Below, in pieces: positions 54,876 to 64,000 of a stretch of DNA of 64,000 nt. The DNA comes from Bacilli bacterium. Its GTDB lineage: Bacteria > Bacillota_I > Bacilli_A > RF39 > UBA660. Each line of letters starts with the position of its first letter. Position 1 is the first letter of the stretch. The position numbers and the translations under genes are program-made. Under the pieces are notes generated by a model. The model was not told the DNA's origin. It did not search any database and saw only the letters and a program-made list of their open reading frames with translations. Location of the stretch: assembly GCA_017438635.1 (NCBI GenBank), contig JAFRUZ010000011.1, positions 5,766-69,765 on the forward strand, given 5' to 3'.

Positions 54876-55064
54876 ATGAGATACAACTATTATCCAACTC
54901 AAATAAGAAATTACCAACAAGGAAACAGATTAATAGGTGGCGGTAACTTCTTATTCCCTTTTGCACTAGGATTTGTAACTTCTCCTCTAGTATATGGAAT
55001 AACTAGACCTAGACCACCATATCCATATTATGGCCCTGTATATAGACCTTATCCTTATTATTAA
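54876..55064 (+). CDS. Small Tyr/Pro-rich protein (spore-coat-like composition)
   Basis: 62 aa with an AAAGGAG SD 6 nt upstream. MRYNYYPTQIRNYQQG...RPRPPYPYYGPVYRPYPYY. Followed by a hairpin shared with the convergent gene. Confidence 0.55.
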   Translation: MRYNYYPTQIRNYQQGNRLIGGGNFLFPFALGFVTSPLVYGITRPRPPYPYYGPVYRPYPYY

Positions 55065-55071
55065 AAAAGAC

Positions 55072-56280
55072 CTACTGTAATAGTAGATCTTTTACTCTGC
55101 TTTCAGAAAGCACTTCAGTAAATTCCTCAATCTTAGATTTTAAAATAATGTTCTTATAAACTATATCATTATATGTCTTAGTATTATCTCTAAATATATT
55201 AGATATATTCAATTTAAACTGTTCATAAAACTTAGCAAATTCTTTTTCAAAAAAATCATTAAACTTATCACGACTATGTGTTGGCACATTAAACTCTTTT
55301 TTATATTCACTGAAAAGTTTATCAAATTTAAGGTTTAATTCATATATATGAGATATTAAACCATTAAACTCTTTTACTTTATCACGCATTTGATTTTGTT
55401 CCAAAGTAACTGCAGCATTCATCTCATCAAAGATATTCATAGCCTTTACTCTAATAGTATTATTAAAACCAAGTAAATAGTCTTTTGCATTACTATACTT
55501 TATATTATTATGTTTTTTAATACCCAAATCTTTTTGTACTTTATCTTCAAAAGTATTAAAAAAATCAATAACTAGTTTACTGTTTTCTTTATTGTATTTA
55601 TCTATAACAAAATACTCTTGTTCTTTTAAATATAAATATGTAGTATTAGTTATAACTTTTAAATTCATTGCCTTTATCTTCTCTATATCATCCATAGTAT
55701 CTTTAGTTATAGAATCTATAAAAGATTTATAAGAAGTAAGTACAACTTCATTTTTAACTGCTACATTTTTAATCATAGCCTCTGTAATAAACTCAATATA
55801 CTTTCTTACTATTGTAGTAATCTTTTTACTATCATTTACTACACAATTAGTATGGATTTGTTCTAAAAGAAGATTACCATTGGAATTTGACAAAACTTTT
55901 ATTTTATCTTCAAGATTAGTATTAGTATTAATCTCTAACTTAAAATTGTTATATATATTAACTAAATTACTAGATTTTATATATTTGTTAAAAACACTAA
56001 CTTTAACAACTTTAGTAAACTCATTAACAGCATTATTAACTATTCTAGAATAATACTCTTTCATATTATCAAAAACTATATTAGTATTAGCCCTAAAGTT
56101 ATTACAGATTAAATCATATAATTTATCTTTATCATATACTTCATAACTTACTTCAGTATACAAAAGTTCTATCATTTGAATAAAATAGAATAATGTTTGT
56201 TGATCACTCTGATTAAATGATGCTTTATTACTACTTGAAATATCTTTTAATTCTTGCTCTATTCTAGCAGTATCGTTCAC
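55072..56280 (-). CDS. Hypothetical protein (402 aa)
   Basis: Long ORF with a GTG start preceded by AGAGGTGG. No motif was recognised. Confidence 0.5.
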   Translation of the reverse strand: MNDTARIEQELKDISSSNKASFNQSDQQTLFYFIQMIELLYTEVSYEVYDKDKLYDLICNNFRANTNIVFDNMKEYYSRIVNNAVNEFTKVVKVSVFNKYIKSSNLVNIYNNFKLEINTNTNLEDKIKVLSNSNGNLLLEQIHTNCVVNDSKKITTIVRKYIEFITEAMIKNVAVKNEVVLTSYKSFIDSITKDTMDDIEKIKAMNLKVITNTTYLYLKEQEYFVIDKYNKENSKLVIDFFNTFEDKVQKDLGIKKHNNIKYSNAKDYLLGFNNTIRVKAMNIFDEMNAAVTLEQNQMRDKVKEFNGLISHIYELNLKFDKLFSEYKKEFNVPTHSRDKFNDFFEKEFAKFYEQFKLNISNIFRDNTKTYNDIVYKNIILKSKIEEFTEVLSESRVKDLLLQ

Positions 56281-56546
56281 AAATAACCACCTCTTTATTT
56301 GTACTCTAATTATATTTTATACTTTTTTAGAAAAAAATACTAGTAAATAATGTCTTTTTTTGTAAACATAAAGTATATATCATTTACTTTTTGTACAAAA
56401 TATTATATACTTAACGTGTAAGATATGGAGGTGGTAGTATTAATAATAAAAGTTTTAATGACTTTTTTGAGTACATAAATGACAACAATGAACAAAACAC
56501 ACTTATACCTCAAAGACCTAATAGAAGTTTAGGATTAGTAGCTACC

Positions 56547-57293
56547 ATGTTTGCCATAGCTCTTTTATTAAGTGGAGGTTATGGTGTTAAATACATATTA
56601 GATCAAAAAGAAGATATTGAAAACTCTAGAATTAGACAACAAGAACTGATGACAAGTAGTCAACAAAAAGCAAAACAAATAACAGAAAACATTAAAAGAG
56701 AAAATCAAAATGATGACAACAAAACTAATGTACATCGTGATTTTACCGAATTAAAGAAAAAAAATAGTGATACTGTTGCTTGGTTAACAGTACCAGGAAC
56801 TGATATAGATATGCCAATTGTTAAAGGAGAAAATAACACTTATTATTTAACACATGACTTTGATAAGAACAGCAATGCAATGGGTTGGGCATTCGCAGAT
56901 TCTCAAAATACATTCCCTACTCTAAGCACAAACACAATTATGTATGGTCATACCTATAGAATGACTACAATATTTAGTAAATTAAAAAATGTTTTAAGTA
57001 GAAAATGGCTTGATAATGAAAGTATGCAAAGAATAACACTAGATACAGAAAAAGAAAGATTAATATTTAAAGTATTTAGTGTCTACACTATTAAAGAAAC
57101 TGCTGATTATTTACAAATAAATTTTGATAGCAGAGAAAAATATCAAGAATATCTAAATACTTCATTAAAAAGAAGTATAAAAGATTTTAAAACACTTCCA
57201 ACTGTAAACAATAAAATAATTACTTTATCAACTTGTTATCAAAATTCAAATCAAAGATTAATTGTCCAAGCAAAATTAATAGGCTCTGAATAG
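56547..57293 (+). CDS. srtB: Class B sortase (the true start is probably upstream, at the ATT at 56439)
   Basis: DTVAWLTVPGTDIDMPIVKGENNTYYLTHDF, MYGH, TLSTC (catalytic Cys) and LIVQAKL. The in-frame open region extends back to 56415 and contains most of the TM anchor. Confidence 0.85.
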   Translation: MFAIALLLSGGYGVKYILDQKEDIENSRIRQQELMTSSQQKAKQITENIKRENQNDDNKTNVHRDFTELKKKNSDTVAWLTVPGTDIDMPIVKGENNTYYLTHDFDKNSNAMGWAFADSQNTFPTLSTNTIMYGHTYRMTTIFSKLKNVLSRKWLDNESMQRITLDTEKERLIFKVFSVYTIKETADYLQINFDSREKYQEYLNTSLKRSIKDFKTLPTVNNKIITLSTCYQNSNQRLIVQAKLIGSE

Positions 57294-57302
57294 AGCCTAT
57301 TT

Positions 57303-57305
<3 letters not shown>
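57279..57305 (+). terminator. Rho-independent terminator after srtB
   Basis: Stem ATAGGCTCT, loop GAAT, stem AGAGCCTAT followed by TTTTT. It spans the stop codon. Confidence 0.6.
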
Positions 57306-59877
<2,572 letters not shown>

Positions 59878-59956
59878 TTATAAAAGAAATAACAAAATAA
59901 AACAAGAAATATTCCCAAAAATAAGCATATTTCATATATTACAATAGGTGATAAAA

Positions 59957-60163
59957 ATGAGACATAGTTTTTTTTGTTCATGTAATGTCTGCAGAAACAG
60001 AAGACGTTCCAGTAAGTTTTATCTATTGTTTTTATGCTTTTGGATACTAATAATCATATATCAATCTTTCATAACTATGTTCTTTTGTGTCACAGTTAAT
60101 GCTATAATTCTATTTGTAGAAATAATTTTATTCTTTGTATTTTTATTAAAAATACTCTTGTAA
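59957..60163 (+). CDS. Small hypothetical membrane protein (Cys/Arg-rich N-terminus, two TM helices)
   Basis: 68 aa measured from the ATG, with an AGGTGA SD. MRHSFFCSCNVCRNRRRSSKFYLLFLCFWILIIIY... Coding status is uncertain. Confidence 0.35.
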   Translation: MRHSFFCSCNVCRNRRRSSKFYLLFLCFWILIIIYQSFITMFFCVTVNAIILFVEIILFFVFLLKILL

Positions 60164-60188
60164 AAACAAAAAAACCTTAATGGTTTTT

Positions 60189-60863
60189 TTATTTTATAAT
60201 ATCTTTAATTATATATGAAGCAATAAGTAATCCCGCAGAAGAAGGTACAAAAGCAGTTGAACCAATCTTTTTTCCTTCACACTTAAGTGGTTCTTCCTCT
60301 GAATAACAACAAATAACTTTATCTTTTATATTACTATCTTTTACATACTTCCTAAGAATTCTAGCTATTGGATCATTTTTAGTATCTCTTATATCACAAA
60401 TAGTTAATTTCGAAGGATCTAATCTCTTTCCTGTACCTAAACAAGTAATAAACTTTATGTTATTTTTAATACAATTCTCAATAACTAATTTCTTAGTAGA
60501 AACTGTATCACAAGCATCTATAAAATAATCAATTTTATCTTTAAAAATACTATCAATATTCACAGAATCTATAAAAGAAGAAATCTTTTTTACTTTTACT
60601 CTATTATTAATACTTAATATTCTTTTTTCAAATTCGTCAGTTTTAAGTTTTCCAATATTATTTAAATTAGCAATAATTTGTCTATTTAAATTTGTTATAT
60701 CAACAGCATCATTATCTATTATTGTAATGTTTTCTATACCTGATCTAACTAATGCTTCAACAACATATCCTCCGACACCACCAAGTCCTAAAACTACTAC
60801 ATTTTTTTCTTTTATTTTACTTAAGGAATCTTTTCCTATTAAAAGTTCTAATCTATCAAACAT
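60189..60863 (-). CDS. tcdA: tRNA threonylcarbamoyladenosine dehydratase (ThiF/E1-like, TcdA)
   Basis: FDRLELLIG...VVVLGLGGVGGYVVEALVRSG...IDNDAVDITNLNRQ is the E1-like dinucleotide fold. The start is at the first ATG. Confidence 0.8.
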   Translation of the reverse strand: MFDRLELLIGKDSLSKIKEKNVVVLGLGGVGGYVVEALVRSGIENITIIDNDAVDITNLNRQIIANLNNIGKLKTDEFEKRILSINNRVKVKKISSFIDSVNIDSIFKDKIDYFIDACDTVSTKKLVIENCIKNNIKFITCLGTGKRLDPSKLTICDIRDTKNDPIARILRKYVKDSNIKDKVICCYSEEEPLKCEGKKIGSTAFVPSSAGLLIASYIIKDIIK

Positions 60864-60878
60864 AAACAAAAAATAGAC

Positions 60879-61601
60879 TTAGTCTATTTCTAAATTATGA
60901 TACACATCAGAAACATCATCAAGTTCTTCAAGTGCATCAATTAATCCCATTACTTTAGTAGTTTTATCTTCTTCAAGAGATATATAATTCGAAGGTATAA
61001 ATCTAACTTCATTCATTATAAAGTCATTAACTCCAAAAGCATCAAGAGCCTCATTTATTTTTACAAAATCTTCAGGTGTAGTTGATATCTCATAAGAATC
61101 ATCATTAGTAGTAAAATCAAGTGCATCATTTTCTAAAGCAATAGTCATAATATCATCTTCACTATAAGTATTAGGAACAACAATTATACCTTTTCTTTCA
61201 AACATATAACTTACTGATCCATCAGTACCTAAATTACCACCACGTTTAGTAAATGTACTTCTTACAGCAGATGCTGTTCTATTTCTATTATCTGTTAAAC
61301 AATCAACCATTATAGCTACTCCATTTGGTCCATATCCTTCATAACGAACAAATTCATAATCTTCCCCACCAGAACTCTTAGTAGCTTTTTCTATTGCAGA
61401 AGCAATTCTATCTTTAGGCATATTTGCAGCCTTTGCTTTATCAACTACCATACGAAGTGATGGATTATTATCTATATTACCATCTGTTCCTTTAGCAGCA
61501 ACATATATTTCTTTTGCTAGTTTTTGAAATACTTTACCTCTTTCTGCATCTATTAATCCTTTTTTACGTTTAATTGTAGCCCATTTAGAATGCCCACTCA
61601 T
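60879..61601 (-). CDS. yebC: YebC/PmpR-family DNA-binding regulator
   Basis: MSGHSKWATIKRKKG..DAERGKVFQKLAKEI...YEGYGPNGVAIMV is the canonical YebC signature. Confidence 0.95.
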   Translation of the reverse strand: MSGHSKWATIKRKKGLIDAERGKVFQKLAKEIYVAAKGTDGNIDNNPSLRMVVDKAKAANMPKDRIASAIEKATKSSGGEDYEFVRYEGYGPNGVAIMVDCLTDNRNRTASAVRSTFTKRGGNLGTDGSVSYMFERKGIIVVPNTYSEDDIMTIALENDALDFTTNDDSYEISTTPEDFVKINEALDAFGVNDFIMNEVRFIPSNYISLEEDKTTKVMGLIDALEELDDVSDVYHNLEID

Positions 61602-61635
61602 AATATCACCTCACAAGAATTATACTATAAAACAC

Positions 61636-61664
61636 AAAAAAAAGAAATACAAGATTTCTTTTTT
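61636..61664. terminator. Bidirectional-looking rho-independent terminator after ezrA
   Basis: Stem AAGAAAT, loop ACAAG, stem ATTTCTT flanked by an A-run and a T-run. Confidence 0.55.
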
Positions 61665-61666
61665 AA

Positions 61667-63385
61667 TTATTTATCTTCTTTATATAAATGAAGCATTTTT
61701 TTATAAATATCTGGTTCAATAATATTTATAGCAGCAAGTGCAGTTTCAAGTGCTTTTTTATAATTACCTTTCATAAACAATTGACCTGCTACATCTAAAC
61801 CTTGCTCTATATCTTTATCAACTGGTTTATATCTATTACCATACATAATAGACATTTCACATAGTTTCGCAGTTTTTACCATTTCATTAGTAGTACTGTA
61901 TAGTTTTAAAGATAAATCTCTAGCAGTATCTACTCTAATATTTAATGTTTTAATAGTAATAGGTGTCTTTTCAAGTTCTTTTACTATTTCATATATAGCA
62001 TCATTAGCTTCACTAAGTTCTACAAAATAATTATTAGAAATAATAGGAAGTGGATTATGTCTAATCTTAGCTCTACATTTCTTTAATAACTCAGTAATTT
62101 CATCTAATTGTTCTCTTGCTCTCATTTCATCATCATGCATACTACCCAATGATTTTAAACATAGATTTAAGTCATCTTCAATCTTACCAAATCCACTTGA
62201 TAAATGCATAATTTTATCTTTAAGTTTAGAATATGGAAGATTTTTGTTTTTTAAATCTCCAATTATATCGTTAAACTTATTATTTACTTTGAATAATTCT
62301 TTATTTATTTGTTCAAGATCCGCTAAATCCTCAGAATCTAAATTATACATGTTTTTAATATCATCTAATTGATTATATATATCTGTGACAATACGATTAA
62401 CTTTTTGAAGTTTAATCTTGAATGTTTTAGCAGTTTCATCAAATAATCTTTTACTCTTCTTTTCTATTTCAAAATCAGTGAATAGATTATCTAAATAATC
62501 AAGAAAAGTTTTAAGTTCAAACATACTATCTTCAAGATTAAGTATTTTTATTCTTGTTTTAATATCATTTACTTTGTTTTCAATTTGTTCAAGATTATAT
62601 GGAACTTTCATATGTTCAAGTGGATAATCTTTAGCCACTAGTTTCTCATAAGTATCACGAACTTCTTTTATTCTATTAGGCAATATTTTATCTGTAAGAA
62701 GTATAAGATCAGGTAATTCTTCAACTACTACACCAATATGGGCAATCATTTCATCAAGAACTTTTACTAAACTAACTACTTCTTCATATTCGTTTTGTTC
62801 CATTACCTCTTCAAAATCTGAAAATTTCTTTTCAATATTCTCAAATTGAAGTTCAATGTTATTTACCACATCACCATATGCTGATTTATTACTTTCAAGA
62901 GTTCTTTCAAGTTCTCTAAATCTAGATTTTAACTTAGTTACAATAGCACGATTTCTTTCTTCACTCATAGTAACTTCACGTATTTCATCAAGTAAATTAT
63001 CTGTACTAACACGAAGTTTATATATTTCCATTTCTAGATTGACTATAGCCACTCTTGCTTCTTTATAATCATTTTCTTCAAGTAAATTATCGACTTCTAA
63101 AAGTTTATCAGTTATTTCTTCATATCTTTGATTTTTTATAATGTCATATCTTTTATTCCAGTCTTTATATTTACCCTCCAACTCAGAATTATTGATAATA
63201 ACTTTCACTTTATCAAGTTCAGTCATAACAGGTGTAGCTACAATTAAGTTGCGCCCACGCTCTAATTCCTCAAGTTTTTCGCGTAGTTGCTTACGTTGTC
63301 TACGTTTTATAGCTATGAAACAAACAATGCACATTATTAAAATAATTGTTACTATGCCTATAATATACAACTTCTTAATGTCCAT
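61667..63385 (-). CDS. ezrA: Septation ring formation regulator EzrA
   Basis: 572 aa with a single N-terminal TM helix (YIIGIVTIILIMCIVCFIAI), then a long coiled-coil with the typical EzrA start ...LEELERGRNLI..PVMTELDKVK. Confidence 0.85.
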   Translation of the reverse strand: MDIKKLYIIGIVTIILIMCIVCFIAIKRRQRKQLREKLEELERGRNLIVATPVMTELDKVKVIINNSELEGKYKDWNKRYDIIKNQRYEEITDKLLEVDNLLEENDYKEARVAIVNLEMEIYKLRVSTDNLLDEIREVTMSEERNRAIVTKLKSRFRELERTLESNKSAYGDVVNNIELQFENIEKKFSDFEEVMEQNEYEEVVSLVKVLDEMIAHIGVVVEELPDLILLTDKILPNRIKEVRDTYEKLVAKDYPLEHMKVPYNLEQIENKVNDIKTRIKILNLEDSMFELKTFLDYLDNLFTDFEIEKKSKRLFDETAKTFKIKLQKVNRIVTDIYNQLDDIKNMYNLDSEDLADLEQINKELFKVNNKFNDIIGDLKNKNLPYSKLKDKIMHLSSGFGKIEDDLNLCLKSLGSMHDDEMRAREQLDEITELLKKCRAKIRHNPLPIISNNYFVELSEANDAIYEIVKELEKTPITIKTLNIRVDTARDLSLKLYSTTNEMVKTAKLCEMSIMYGNRYKPVDKDIEQGLDVAGQLFMKGNYKKALETALAAINIIEPDIYKKMLHLYKEDK

Positions 63386-63466
63386 AGAATCACCTACTAT
63401 AACAATTCTATCACAAAAACAAGTTTTAATAAATAAAAATTAAAGAAATTTACATTTAATTTAACG

Positions 63467-64000
63467 TTAAATTATCATATATTCTCTAAAACTAATTCTG
63501 GAATCACTACAATACTCTATTACAAATCTATTATTTCTTTTTGATATAATTATTCCTATAGTTTTATTATCATCAATAGTTTTAATATTTTTATCAATAT
63601 AATTCATATATGCTTGGATTTGTCCAATGTGTTCTTTCTTTAATTCCGTTACTTTTAATTCGATTACTATAAAACACCTATAAATATAATTATATAAAAG
63701 TAAATCTATATAATTATAAGTATGATCAAGTTTTATTTTATATTCATTTTCTATAAAACAAAAACCAGATCCTAATTCTTTTAAAAAACTTGATATATTC
63801 TCCATGATTAATTGTTGTAATGCTTTTTCATTTATATCTTCATATTTATTTATATTTCTTATAAAAATAGGATTCTTTATAAAATCAGATACATTAAATT
63901 CTTCTTGTTTTATTACTTTATTTTTAGTTTTTTCATCCAATCTTTCATATTCTTTGTTCTTAATTCTTTCTCTAAGTTCCCTTTTACTTAAATTTTGTTT
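63467..64000 (-). CDS. PDDEXK nuclease-like protein, YhcG/DUF1016 family (5' end beyond the window)
   Basis: The C-terminal block IDLLLYNYIYRCFIVIELKVTELKKEHIGQIQAYMNY fits the D...(E/Q)LK pattern. The frame stays open upstream of the track's TTG start and reads ..LSKRELRERIKNKEYERL, which is typical of DUF1016 N-terminal parts. Confidence 0.65.
   Translation of the reverse strand, partial: KQNLSKRELRERIKNKEYERLDEKTKNKVIKQEEFNVSDFIKNPIFIRNINKYEDINEKALQQLIMENISSFLKELGSGFCFIENEYKIKLDHTYNYIDLLLYNYIYRCFIVIELKVTELKKEHIGQIQAYMNYIDKNIKTIDDNKTIGIIISKRNNRFVIEYCSDSRISFREYMII

Overview
This is a very AT-rich chromosomal segment that uses genetic code 11 (TGA is used as a stop, TGG as Trp). It looks like it comes from a spore-forming Bacillota-type organism, possibly Erysipelotrichia- or Clostridia-like. 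That taxonomic guess is inference from gene content only.

About 65 genes are present and almost all are on the minus strand, so the window probably lies within one replichore. Most of it is housekeeping:
- cca
- sufCDSUB
- the rimP-nusA-ylxR-infB-rbfA operon
- a CBS-domain family II pyrophosphatase
- ffh, dtd and relA
- truB
- uppP
- divIB-murB-murG
- queH, pyrH and rubrerythrin
- rluB and dacB
- rnhC, ligA, tcdA, yebC and ezrA
- two single tRNA genes: Cys-GCA on the plus strand and Arg-ACG on the minus strand

Four parts are not ordinary.

1. 27.3-36.9 kb: a compact, relaxase-less and integrase-less type IV secretion gene set. It holds a VirD4-type coupling protein, a VirB4 split into two coupled ORFs, a VirB3/PrgI-like small membrane protein, an 877-aa VirB6/TrbL-like protein with a Cys-rich ectodomain, and three tandem VirB2/TrbC-like pilin paralogs, two of which carry a near-consensus promoter. 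It is wedged between core genes and sits next to a divergent membrane-anchored thioredoxin.

2. 47.8-48.1 kb: an unannotated 28-codon hydrophobic ORF with a convergent, 3'-overlapping antisense transcription unit. This is the architecture of a type I toxin-antitoxin locus.

3. 0.58-3.73 kb: a five-gene accessory islet of four orphan ORFs plus a Bro-N/DinD-like gene. It is bracketed by a 46-nt direct duplication of the 3' end of a short, tail-less ssb.

4. Several degenerate or atypical genes:
   - a hybrid histidine kinase with His replaced by Gln in the H-box
   - a RimP that has only its N-terminal domain
   - a sortase B that seems to need an ATT start
   - an orphan type IV pilin coupled to ligA
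   - a glucosaminidase with seven SH3b-like repeats that each contain a cysteine pair

No CRISPR array, rRNA gene, transposase or integrase was seen. All calls come from reading the sequence and the ORF translations by eye. No database search was possible.
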